The translations under genes and the position numbers were made by a program. From assembly GCA_947629465.1 (NCBI GenBank), contig CANRDZ010000002.1, forward strand, positions 1-42,566: DNA of 42,566 bases, written 5' to 3'. The notes beneath the pieces are model-generated. The model saw only the letters and a program-made list of their open reading frames with translations. It was not told the origin of the DNA and ran no database searches. Positions 19,809-28,178 of the stretch are shown one piece after another. This DNA comes from an uncultured Bacilli bacterium (GTDB lineage: Bacteria > Bacillota_I > Bacilli_A > RF39 > UBA660). Every line of letters begins with the position of its first letter. Position 1 is the first letter of the stretch.

Positions 19809-20456
19809 ATGAAAGTTATAAAATATTTATGGCAAAATAATGCTTTTTTATTCCTTTTCATAATATTTATATTAAAAGAACCAATTTATCAATTATTTAA
19901 AATTGATGATAATATTTATACACCAATGCGATGTCAATTTTTAGAAGATGATTATAATAAATTACTTGAATTTAGTGAAATAAATGTAATATATGAAAGC
20001 GAGTATTTCAATACTTATATAATTTATAAAGATATATATAATTACATGAATGAAATAACCATAAGGGGAGGAAAAGATAAAGGATTAACAAACGATCCTG
20101 TTATTTATGATAATACATTAATAGGTTTTATCTATAAGACCAATAAAAATACAAGTATTGTTAAACTCATAACTAATAAAGATAGTAAAGTTTCTGTAAA
20201 AATAAATAATGAAATAGGAGTTTTAGAAATGCAAAATAATGAATTAATAGTTAGTAATATATCTAATTTTAGTAATATAACCATTGGTGATAATATTTAT
20301 ACTTCTGGATTAGGTTACACTAAAGAAAATATTTATATAGGTACAGTAAAGAATATAGAATTAAAAAATAAAGAAATAGAAAAAATAATTAAAGTTGATT
20401 ACAAATTAAACATCAAAGATATAGATTATGTTAATGTCTTAAAGGATAACTTATGA
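19809..20456 (+). CDS. mreC: Rod shape-determining protein MreC
   Basis: N-terminal TM plus MreC beta-barrel patterns (PVIYDNTLIGFIYKTNKNTSIVKLITNKDSKVSV; GDNIYTSGLGYTKENIYIGTVKNIE). I prefer ATG 19809. An mreD-like gene follows with an ATGA overlap. Confidence 0.8.
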   Translation: MKVIKYLWQNNAFLFLFIIFILKEPIYQLFKIDDNIYTPMRCQFLEDDYNKLLEFSEINVIYESEYFNTYIIYKDIYNYMNEITIRGGKDKGLTNDPVIYDNTLIGFIYKTNKNTSIVKLITNKDSKVSVKINNEIGVLEMQNNELIVSNISNFSNITIGDNIYTSGLGYTKENIYIGTVKNIELKNKEIEKIIKVDYKLNIKDIDYVNVLKDNL

Positions 20457-20848
20457 TATATATACTTTTAATTATAGATATATTAATTAGTAATTATACT
20501 AATTATACATCCTATTTTTTTATATTATATTTATATAATAAACCATATAAATATTATCTATTAACAGCTTTAATTTTAGATTTAATAATATTTAAAAATA
20601 TCTATAATATATTTATCTTAACTTTTATGTATTTTTTAAATAAAATTTTTAAATCATTAAATAAAAATAATTTAATAAGTTATATATTTATAATGTTATT
20701 TAATTATATTATATATATTTTTTTAAGTAATTTATTATTACAAAATAGTATATTTACAACTTTAATTAAAATTGGCAGTAATTTATTATTAAACTTAATA
20801 TTATATTTATTAAGCTTCAATATAAAAAGAAAGGTAGAAAATGAATAA
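20453..20848 (+). CDS. mreD: Rod shape-determining protein MreD-like (small polytopic membrane protein)
   Basis: 131 aa, 4-5 TM segments, translationally coupled to mreC. The call rests on position and topology. Confidence 0.6.
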   Translation: MIYILLIIDILISNYTNYTSYFFILYLYNKPYKYYLLTALILDLIIFKNIYNIFILTFMYFLNKIFKSLNKNNLISYIFIMLFNYIIYIFLSNLLLQNSIFTTLIKIGSNLLLNLILYLLSFNIKRKVENE

Positions 20849-21767
20849 TTTATATAATGATATAAATGAAGTCAAAAAAATAATAGAGTACAGTTTAAAA
20901 TATAAAGTTTCACCTCTTTATAGTAAACCATTTGCTAAATATTCAAGAGCGTATTATTGCACTAATGAAAATATTAATGCTTATTTAAAATTAGATAATC
21001 ATCATCATATAGAAAATGCCTTAAGTGTTTTAGCAAGCGGTGATCAAACATTTAGTTTAATAACTAAAGGTATATTTAATATAGATACTTTTGATATTAA
21101 TAAAATTGCTTATTATTATGCTTTAGGGTTAAAAAGAGCAATGATTATTAAATATAATTATGATGAATATATCTTAATTAATGATAAGTTATCACAATTA
21201 ACAATAAATATTGATGAATTAAATTCTATTATTACTGAATTAATTCCTTATATGGAATTAGATTGTCAAATATTTTGGAAAGAGCTAATGGAATATAATT
21301 ATAAAATAAATAAAGGACCAATTAATTTTATTTATTTAATTACACAAAACAATAATGGATTTAAAAAAAGTATAAAAGGAGTTAATTTTTTAAAAGATAA
21401 AGAAAATTACAATATTTTAAGAAAAAATATTATTAAAGCAAATATAATTTATAGAAATGAAGATTTAATGAATATAACATATCAAAAAGAATATGATTTA
21501 ATATTACTTTCAAATATATTATCATATTATGAAAGAGAATATTATAAAGATTTTAATACTGAAAATTTATTCAAAATAATTAAGTATTTAGAAAAAATTT
21601 TAAAAGATAGTGGAACTATTTATTTAAACTATTTTTTTGAAAATGAAACATTAAAAGCAACTGATGAAATATGGCATTTAAAACAATTAAAATTAGAATT
21701 CTTTTTAATAGACAGTATCTCATATTTATATGATAATGATGGTTTATTATTAAAAAGAGGTAAATAA
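20841..21767 (+). CDS. Hypothetical SAM-methyltransferase-fold-like protein (DUF3419/BtaA-like?)
   Basis: The segment ALSVLASGDQTFSLITKG..IDTFDINKIAYYYALGLKRAMI resembles the N-terminal Rossmann/linker pattern of DUF3419, and DLILLSNILSY resembles a post-motif-II strand. It overlaps mreD by 8 nt. Confidence 0.4.
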   Translation: MNNLYNDINEVKKIIEYSLKYKVSPLYSKPFAKYSRAYYCTNENINAYLKLDNHHHIENALSVLASGDQTFSLITKGIFNIDTFDINKIAYYYALGLKRAMIIKYNYDEYILINDKLSQLTINIDELNSIITELIPYMELDCQIFWKELMEYNYKINKGPINFIYLITQNNNGFKKSIKGVNFLKDKENYNILRKNIIKANIIYRNEDLMNITYQKEYDLILLSNILSYYEREYYKDFNTENLFKIIKYLEKILKDSGTIYLNYFFENETLKATDEIWHLKQLKLEFFLIDSISYLYDNDGLLLKRGK

Positions 21768-21805
21768 TATTTAAAATTAATGAATATAATTTAGTGGTGA
21801 AAAAG

Positions 21806-22411
21806 ATGAATATAGATGATTATACTAAAATAAGTCATAAAAGATATAGTAGTAATGATGATAATAATAAAATTAAATATTTAAAACATCTTATAACAAG
21901 AATATTAATAAGTCTTATATTAATTATATGTATTGCAACATATATAAAGATTGATGATGATAATTCATCTTTAGTAGATAAATATTTATTTAAAGATAAT
22001 CTTAAATTTACCAAAATTAATAAATGGTATCAAGATAAATTTGGTAATATAGTTCCTAATATAAAAGATAATTCTTTATATGTCTTTAGTAATAATATTA
22101 AAGAAAATGAATACACAACATATAAAGATGGGGTTAAGATAAATTATCAAAAGAATAGCCCAGTAACTTTATTAAATGGAGGTATTGTTATTTTCATTGG
22201 GGAAAAAGAAGGCTATAATAATACAATTATAGTTCAAGGAAATGATGGTATTGACTATACTTATGGAAATATAACAAATGTCTCTGTTAATCTTTATGAT
22301 TATATTGAAAAAGATACTTTAATTGGTGAAGCATTAGATAATTATATTTATTTAATACTAGAAAAAGATGGACAAATTATGAATTATGAAGAATATCTTA
22401 AAAAAAATTAA
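21806..22411 (+). CDS. Membrane-anchored degenerate M23/LytM-domain protein (SpoIVFA-like)
   Basis: One TM (LITRILISLILIICIATYI) and a C-terminal LytM fold (GGIVIFIGEKEGYNNTIIVQGNDGIDYTYGNI...IGEA). All catalytic His/Asp positions are substituted. It sits directly upstream of an M50 protease, as in spoIVFA-spoIVFB. Confidence 0.65.
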   Translation: MNIDDYTKISHKRYSSNDDNNKIKYLKHLITRILISLILIICIATYIKIDDDNSSLVDKYLFKDNLKFTKINKWYQDKFGNIVPNIKDNSLYVFSNNIKENEYTTYKDGVKINYQKNSPVTLLNGGIVIFIGEKEGYNNTIIVQGNDGIDYTYGNITNVSVNLYDYIEKDTLIGEALDNYIYLILEKDGQIMNYEEYLKKN

Positions 22412-23147
22412 AATTAGTAATTATACTTATATTTTTATAATTATTTGTGCTTTATGTGGCTATATTAAAAACATTTCTATTATATTATGTATTTGTTTAA
22501 TTCATGAATTTGGTCATATTATAACAATAAAATTATTTAAATATGAAATAGATAAAGTAGAAATACTTCCTTTTGGAGGTTATACTACCATAAATAAAAG
22601 AATAAATAGTAGTATTAATAAAGATATTTTAATAGCATTATCAGGCATATTTATGCAATTAATTTTAAGTTTTATAATTTATATATCTAAAAATCATTTC
22701 AATCAAATAACCTATAATCTTATAATAAAATATAACTTTATAATTATTATTTTTAATTTAATACCTATTATTCCTTTAGATGGTAATAAAATAATTCATC
22801 ATTTTTTAGAAAAATTATTTTCATATCATTTATCATATCAATTAAATTTAATAATTTCTATCATTAGTTTATTAATATTTACATACATTAATTATAAATA
22901 TCATTTTGATAATTATTTTATAATAAGTTTTTTAGTATATAAAATAATTATGGCATTTAAAAATTATAAATATTTAGAAAATAGATTTTTATTAGAAAGA
23001 TATTTATATAATTTTAATTATAATAAAATAGAAAATAATACTAAAAATATTAAAAGTTTAAAGAAAAATGTTCTTCATTATTTTAAAGAAAATAATCATT
23101 ATATTAAAGAAAAGAAAAAAATTGCTGAATATTTATATAGATTTTAA
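22386..23147 (+). CDS. M50 site-2 protease (SpoIVFB-like)
   Basis: HEFGH zinc motif (CLIHEFGHIIT) within a TM, and NLIPIIPLDGNKI (NxxPxxxxDG) within a later TM. At 253 aa it appears to lack a C-terminal CBS domain. Confidence 0.8.
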   Translation: MKNILKKIKISNYTYIFIIICALCGYIKNISIILCICLIHEFGHIITIKLFKYEIDKVEILPFGGYTTINKRINSSINKDILIALSGIFMQLILSFIIYISKNHFNQITYNLIIKYNFIIIIFNLIPIIPLDGNKIIHHFLEKLFSYHLSYQLNLIISIISLLIFTYINYKYHFDNYFIISFLVYKIIMAFKNYKYLENRFLLERYLYNFNYNKIENNTKNIKSLKKNVLHYFKENNHYIKEKKKIAEYLYRF

Positions 23148-23159
23148 AATCTTTATAAT

Positions 23160-23188
23160 TTGACAAATGGATATATTTTTGGTAAAAT
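23160..23188 (+). promoter_or_regulatory. Strong sigma-A promoter of the rplU-prp-rpmA operon
   Basis: TTGACA (23160-23165), a 17-nt spacer, then TGgTAAAAT, an extended -10 (23180-23188). Confidence 0.8.
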
Positions 23189-23194
23189 TTAAAT

Positions 23195-23290
23195 GTTTTA
23201 AGTCATTTCGCAAAAAACCGCACTAAAAAGGTTAAAAGTACTTATGTCACCTTAAAGGCGCGACTTAAAAAATAAATATAAGGAGGTTAT
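23195..23290 (+). promoter_or_regulatory. Ribosomal protein L21 leader (autoregulatory 5' UTR structure)
   Basis: About 100-nt leader between the promoter and the rplU RBS. It has a long-range stem (TTAAGTC..CGC at 23198-23211 pairs with GCG.GACTTAA at 23258-23268). The position matches the Firmicutes L21_leader family. Confidence 0.6.
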
Positions 23291-23293
23291 GAA

Positions 23294-23593
23294 ATGAAAG
23301 CAATTTTTACTACAGGTGGAAAACAATATTATGTAACTGAAGGCGACGTTATTTATGTAGAAAAATTAAATGTTGAAGAAGGCTCAACAATAACATTTGA
23401 TGAAGTTTTATTCGTTGATGGTATAGCTGGAAATCCAACAGTTAAGGGAGCAAAAGTTGAGTGTTTAGTTGAAAAACATGGTAAAAACAAAAAAATAACA
23501 GTTTTCAAATATAGACCTAAAAAGAAATATCGTAAAAAACAAGGTCATAGACAACCATATACAAAATTAGTAGTTAAAAAAATCAGTAAATAA
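23294..23593 (+). CDS. rplU: 50S ribosomal protein L21
   Basis: [18 protein letters not shown]...[26 protein letters not shown] lies 8 nt upstream. Confidence 0.97.
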   Translation: MKAIFTTGGKQYYVTEGDVIYVEKLNVEEGSTITFDEVLFVDGIAGNPTVKGAKVECLVEKHGKNKKITVFKYRPKKKYRKKQGHRQPYTKLVVKKISK

Positions 23594-23595
23594 TT

Positions 23596-23886
23596 ATGAT
23601 TAAGGTTGTTTGTTTGGAAAATAAAATTGAAATAAGTGGCCATGCTTGTTTTGAATCATATGGCAAAGATATTGTTTGTGCCAGTGCATCTAGTATTATT
23701 TATACAACAATAAATGGCATCTTAAATATTAATGATAAAGCAATTCAATTTAATGATGGTAAAAAGCTAGAAATATTTATTAATAGCAATGATGAAATTA
23801 CTAAAAAATTAATTAATAATATGCTTGATTTATTAAAAAATTTAGCTGAACAATATCCCAAAAATATAATAGTAAAGGAGAGTTAA
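23596..23886 (+). CDS. prp: Ribosomal-processing cysteine protease Prp (YsxB)
   Basis: 96 aa between rplU and rpmA. The conserved His (ISGHA) and Cys (DIVCASASS) dyad context is present. Confidence 0.88.
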   Translation: MIKVVCLENKIEISGHACFESYGKDIVCASASSIIYTTINGILNINDKAIQFNDGKKLEIFINSNDEITKKLINNMLDLLKNLAEQYPKNIIVKES

Positions 23887-23887
23887 A

Positions 23888-24172
23888 ATGTTATTTATAA
23901 AATTAGATATTCAAAGATTTGCACATAAAAAAGGACAATCTTCTACTGATAATGGTCGTGATTCTAGAGGACGTAGATTAGGAGCTAAACTTGCTGATGG
24001 TCAAAGTTGTACAGCAGGTAGCATAATATATCGTCAAAGAGGAACTAAAATATATCCAGGAGCCAATGTTGGAATGGGTAAAGATCATACACTATTCAGT
24101 AAAATTGATGGAATTGTAAAATTTGAAAGATTAGGTAAATCTAGAAAGAAAGTAAGCGTTTACGAAAAGTAG
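23888..24172 (+). CDS. rpmA: 50S ribosomal protein L27 with N-terminal propeptide
   Basis: [11 protein letters not shown]|[23 protein letters not shown]. The Firmicutes-type extension precedes the mature AHKKG end that Prp generates. Confidence 0.97.
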   Translation: MLFIKLDIQRFAHKKGQSSTDNGRDSRGRRLGAKLADGQSCTAGSIIYRQRGTKIYPGANVGMGKDHTLFSKIDGIVKFERLGKSRKKVSVYEK

Positions 24173-24187
24173 TAAATGCTTTTTTTA
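24155..24187 (+). terminator. Rho-independent terminator after rpmA
   Basis: AGCGTTTAC (24155-24163) pairs with GTAAATGCT (24172-24180), followed by TTTTTTT. Confidence 0.7.
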
Positions 24188-24245
24188 TATTTAAATTTAT
24201 AAAAAGCTATGATATAATTAATAAAGAATACCGGGTGATATTGTG

Positions 24246-25508
24246 ATGAAAAAAATAATCTCATTTTTTATCTTTATATTATTTATTATTCCTATTAAAA
24301 TAAACGCTATAAGTTGTATAAATGGAGATTATGAAGCTATTGTAAATATTACCAAAGAAACATTAAATTTAAAAGAAGAAGCTATTATAAATGTAAAAAG
24401 TGATTATAAATTAGATATTTTCTATCAAATAAAAAATGATGAAATAATCCAAATATTGCCTAATGGTATAGTAAAACCTTTAAAAGAAGGAAAAGCTGAA
24501 ATAATTGTAAATATAAATTTTTTAGAAGAAGAAAAAAAAGTTGAAGATTGCAAAGTAAATATTCCCATAACCATAACTGATAATGAACAAATATTTTTAA
24601 AATCTTTAACCATTGATGCATATGATATGAAAGAATTATTTAAAAGTGATATATACAATTATGAAATTAAATTACCTTATGATAAAGAATTTATTAATAT
24701 TACAGCTACTGCAAATGATGATAAAGCAACAATTTTAGGTACAGGGCCAAAGAATCTTAAAATAGGATTAAATGAATATAAAATAATAGTTAAAAAAAAT
24801 GATTTTCAAAAAACTTATACTTTATCGATCTTTAGAGAAGAAGCGAATAAAGACACATTTTTAAAAAATTTAATTATTGATGGATATTTATTAAATCCAA
24901 AATTTGATAAAAATATTTATCATTATGAATTAGATGTAGGCAAAGATGTTAATAAAATTAATATTAAAGCTACTGCAAATAATAAAAATTCTACTATTGA
25001 AGGATTAGGAGAATTTGAGTTAGCTACAGGTAAAAATATTTTTTCAGTTATAGTTCAAGCTGAAAACCATGATAAAGCTACCTATCAAATAGAAGTTAAT
25101 AAATTAAAAGGAAATAGTAATTTAAAAGATTTAATAATAGATGGTTATAATTTAGATAGTCCTTTTCAAAGTGATAAATATATATATTATTTAGAAGTAA
25201 GTGATAAAGTAGAAAAATTAAAAATAAAACCAGTTGCTTTTGAGGATGATAAAGTAGAAATTTTGAATAATAATAATTTAAATTATGGCCAAAATGATAT
25301 TTTAATAAGAGTTATAAGTAAAGATAAAACTAATACAACTTATAAACTGGTAGTTAATCGATTAGAAAAAGAACAAAATAATAATTTATTAATGACAATT
25401 TTATTAATTATTTTTATAATTTCAGTAGTAATAATGATAACATTAATAATTATTTTAATAAAAAGAAATCATGTAATTGTTAAAAGAATTAAAAAGGGAA
25501 GTGAATAA
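24246..25508 (+). CDS. Secreted, C-terminally membrane-anchored protein with a Big_2-like domain and three cadherin-like beta-sandwich repeats
   Basis: Signal peptide MKKIISFFIFILFIIPIKINA. A Big_2-like segment (ILPNGIVKPLKEGKAEIIVNI). Three ~85-aa repeats start LKSLTIDAYDM.., LKNLIIDGYLL.. and LKDLIIDGYNL.. and end ..TYTLSIFRE, ..TYQIEVNK and ..TYKLVVNR. A C-terminal TM is followed by a short basic tail. Confidence 0.8.
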   Translation: MKKIISFFIFILFIIPIKINAISCINGDYEAIVNITKETLNLKEEAIINVKSDYKLDIFYQIKNDEIIQILPNGIVKPLKEGKAEIIVNINFLEEEKKVEDCKVNIPITITDNEQIFLKSLTIDAYDMKELFKSDIYNYEIKLPYDKEFINITATANDDKATILGTGPKNLKIGLNEYKIIVKKNDFQKTYTLSIFREEANKDTFLKNLIIDGYLLNPKFDKNIYHYELDVGKDVNKINIKATANNKNSTIEGLGEFELATGKNIFSVIVQAENHDKATYQIEVNKLKGNSNLKDLIIDGYNLDSPFQSDKYIYYLEVSDKVEKLKIKPVAFEDDKVEILNNNNLNYGQNDILIRVISKDKTNTTYKLVVNRLEKEQNNNLLMTILLIIFIISVVIMITLIIILIKRNHVIVKRIKKGSE

Positions 25509-25510
25509 AA

Positions 25511-27259
25511 ATGTTTGGTAAAATATTATATATAAGTGATAATATAGCTCATGTTGAAAATAAAATGAATAGAGATGTAGTAGCAGACTTAATGAATGTT
25601 CATGTTGTATTTGAAGCTCCAAATCAAAGAATTTTAGGGGAAGTTATTGAATTAAATGACGAAATAATTAAAATTCGTTTTTTAGGTGAATATCAAGGTA
25701 ATAGATATTTAAATGGTGTATTAAGAAAACCTCTTTTAAGCTCTACAATTAGAGTAATTAATGGGCAAGAATTATTACTATTAGTAGGAAATTATAATGA
25801 AAAATCATTTATTTTAGGAGATTCAGCAATATATAAAAATTTTAAAGTTTGTCCCAATATTAATGATTTATTTTCAAACCATTTAGCTATTTTTGGTAAC
25901 TCTGGTTCTGGTAAATCATGTGGTGTTTCTAGAATTATTCAAAATGTTTTTAGCAATCAAGCAATGAATCCAATTAATGCTAATTTATTTTTCTTTGATG
26001 CATATGGTGAATATAAAAATGCTTTTGGTAATCTTAATACTATAAATCCTAATTATAATTATAAATTTATTACAACAAATCCTCATGATCCTAGTGATTT
26101 TATGTTAGACATACCTCTTCATTTATTAAATTTAGATGATTGGGCTCTTTTATTACAAGCCTCAAAACATTCTCAATTACCAATAATTGAAAATACTATT
26201 AAATTAGCTAAAATATTTAGTCAAGATAATGAAACTTCCAGAAACCTTAAAAATCATTTAATTGCTAAAGCTTTATTAGCCGTACTTTTTAGTAATGAAA
26301 CAACCGCTAATAAAAAGAATGAAATATTTACCATAATAGAAGTTTGTAATACTCCAGAATTTAATTTTAATTCAGTAATACCGGGAGTAGGATATACCAG
26401 AATTTTCAGTGAATGTTTTGAAATAGATTCTAAAGGAAATTTTGGTGAAAGTGTTCTTATAACTGAATATATATTAAAACATATATTAGAGGATACAACC
26501 GAATTTACAGAACCTGTTGGGGCCTATTATACTTTAAAAAATTTTGCTGATGCTTTAGAATTTACTCTTATTAGTGAAGGATTCCAAAATAATGAAAATT
26601 TATATAGTGACGCAATTATTTTAAAAGTACGTTTAAATACAATTATGACAAGTAAAGTAGGAAGTTATTTTACAGGTGAAAAATATATTCCCATTAATGA
26701 ATATATAAAAAGTCTAACTGACGCTAGAGGCAAAAAAAGTCAAATAATTAATATTAATCTTGAAGATATAGATGATGTTTATGCTAAAGTTATAGTTAAA
26801 ATATTTTGCCGTTTACTATTTGAATTTTCTAAAGGTTTAGATAAAAGAGCTAGCGTTCCATTTCATTTATTTTTAGAAGAAGCCCATAGATATATTCAAA
26901 AAGATAATGATACTTTTCTAATTGGTTATAATATTTTTGACCGTATTGCTAAAGAAGGCCGTAAATATGGCGTATTACTTGATATTATAAGTCAAAGACC
27001 AGTCGAAATTAGTGATACAGTTATAGCCCAATGTTCAAATTTTCTAATATTTAAAATGACTCACCCCCTAGATATAAAATATATTGAAGAAATGTTGCCA
27101 AATATTTCCAGCGATATTGTAGAAAAGCAAAAAATATTACAACCAGGAACCTGTGTAGGTTTTGGAGGAGCTTTTAAAATTCCGATGATTGTTAAATTAG
27201 AAATGCCTAATCCAATGCCTTACTCATCAAACTGTGATGTATCAAATTGTTGGCGATAA
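25511..27259 (+). CDS. HerA/FtsK-superfamily P-loop ATPase (DUF87-type, HerA-like)
   Basis: N-terminal HAS-barrel-like region (GKILYISDNIAHVE...ILGEVIELNDEIIKIRFLGE). Walker A is FGNSGSGKS (nt 25895-25918), Walker B/catalytic Glu is FHLFLEEAHRY, and KEGRKYGVLLDIISQRPVEISDTVIAQCSNFLIFKM is typical of HerA. The start is 2 nt after the upstream stop. Confidence 0.8.
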   Translation: MFGKILYISDNIAHVENKMNRDVVADLMNVHVVFEAPNQRILGEVIELNDEIIKIRFLGEYQGNRYLNGVLRKPLLSSTIRVINGQELLLLVGNYNEKSFILGDSAIYKNFKVCPNINDLFSNHLAIFGNSGSGKSCGVSRIIQNVFSNQAMNPINANLFFFDAYGEYKNAFGNLNTINPNYNYKFITTNPHDPSDFMLDIPLHLLNLDDWALLLQASKHSQLPIIENTIKLAKIFSQDNETSRNLKNHLIAKALLAVLFSNETTANKKNEIFTIIEVCNTPEFNFNSVIPGVGYTRIFSECFEIDSKGNFGESVLITEYILKHILEDTTEFTEPVGAYYTLKNFADALEFTLISEGFQNNENLYSDAIILKVRLNTIMTSKVGSYFTGEKYIPINEYIKSLTDARGKKSQIININLEDIDDVYAKVIVKIFCRLLFEFSKGLDKRASVPFHLFLEEAHRYIQKDNDTFLIGYNIFDRIAKEGRKYGVLLDIISQRPVEISDTVIAQCSNFLIFKMTHPLDIKYIEEMLPNISSDIVEKQKILQPGTCVGFGGAFKIPMIVKLEMPNPMPYSSNCDVSNCWR

Positions 27260-27283
27260 AATATTAAAAATATCTAAAATATA

Positions 27284-27313
27284 TTGAATAAAATAAGATA
27301 ATCATGTTATAAT
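27284..27313 (+). promoter_or_regulatory. Sigma-A promoter driving the structured RNA/tcdA
   Basis: TTGAAT (27284-27289), an 18-nt spacer, then TGtTATAAT, an extended -10 (27305-27313). Confidence 0.65.
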
Positions 27314-27319
27314 ATAAAT

Positions 27320-27492
27320 AACCTAGAAGGTTAAAGTTATTCATATAAAACCGACTATATAGATATATTGGGGAACTAATTATTTAGCTGTGTTGAAAAC
27401 TAATTTTTATAAGTTAGGATCCTAAAGCTTTATATGTGTTCTACCACCTGCGAAGAGCGGGATTTTATCAAATAACTTTCCACTAGGTTTTT
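27320..27492 (+). ncRNA. ssrS: Candidate 6S RNA (SsrS-like); alternatively a long structured leader of tcdA
   Basis: An extended closing helix pairs 27320-27326 with 27483-27489 (7 bp), 27333-27341 with 27471-27479 (9 bp) and 27345-27352 with 27460-27468 (8 bp). A large asymmetric internal loop follows (27353-27369 vs 27446-27458), then an inner stem GGGGAAC/GTTCTACC and an apical hairpin around the palindrome TTAGGATCCTAA (27414-27425). A T-run follows at 27488-27492. As I recall, B. subtilis 6S-1 (bsrA) also sits next to yrvM/tcdA. Confidence 0.5.
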
Positions 27493-27506
27493 AAATGGAG
27501 TAAATT

Positions 27507-28178
27507 ATGTATGATCGTATTATAAAATTAATAGGTATTACCAATTTTTACAAAATAAATCAAACTAAAATTCTTTTAGTGGGATGTGGAGGAGTAGGAA
27601 GTTTTGCATTCATAGGTCTAATTAGAAGTGGTTTTTTAAATATCACAGTAATTGATAAAGATAAAGTAGAACTTTCTAATTTAAATCGTCAATTAATTGC
27701 CAATTTAAATACCTTACAAAAAGATAAAGTAGATGTAGCAAAAGATATGGCAAAAGAAATAAATCCAGATATTAAAATAAACGCTATAAATACTTTTTTA
27801 ACCAAAGATAATATAAATATGCTAGAAAAAGATTATGACTATATTATTGATGCTTGTGATACTTTAAATACTAAATTAGAATTAATTAAATATGCTGAAA
27901 ATAATCACATAAATATTATATCTTCTATGGGAATGGGAAATAGAATAGATGCTTCAAAAATAAAAATCACAACTTTAGATAAAACTCATGATGATCCGGT
28001 TGCTAAAATTTTAAGAAAATTAGTTAAAGATAATCATTTAAATAGTAAAATTAAAGTATGTTTTAGTGAAGAGAAGCCCATAAAAAAGGGAGAAGTTAAT
28101 TCTTTAATTACTTCTCCAGGAGTAGCTGGGCTATTAATTGTTAATGAAATTATAAATGATATAATTAAGGCTTCTTAA
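27507..28178 (+). CDS. tcdA: ThiF/MoeB-family tRNA threonylcarbamoyladenosine dehydratase (TcdA/YrvM-like)
   Basis: Rossmann motif LLVGCGGVGSFA, plus VIDKDKVELSNLNRQ and DACD. At 223 aa it is the short TcdA-like architecture. Confidence 0.8.
   Translation: MYDRIIKLIGITNFYKINQTKILLVGCGGVGSFAFIGLIRSGFLNITVIDKDKVELSNLNRQLIANLNTLQKDKVDVAKDMAKEINPDIKINAINTFLTKDNINMLEKDYDYIIDACDTLNTKLELIKYAENNHINIISSMGMGNRIDASKIKITTLDKTHDDPVAKILRKLVKDNHLNSKIKVCFSEEKPIKKGEVNSLITSPGVAGLLIVNEIINDIIKAS

Noticed and set aside
24425-24658. 77-aa minus-strand ORF inside the cadherin-like gene
   Set aside because: Antisense shadow ORF. The plus-strand frame has a signal peptide and a domain-repeat structure.
24600-25400. 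Periodic ~250-nt repeats that could be mistaken for a repeat array or CRISPR
   Set aside because: They are in-frame, divergent protein-domain repeats (cadherin-like beta-sandwich) within one ORF. There are no short identical direct repeats with unique spacers.
27370-27410. Direct repeat AACTAATT x2, faintly resembling Bacillus RTP Ter sites near the terminus
   Set aside because: The match to the Ter consensus is poor (roughly half the positions). RTP is restricted to Bacillus relatives, and the repeats are better explained as part of the structured RNA.
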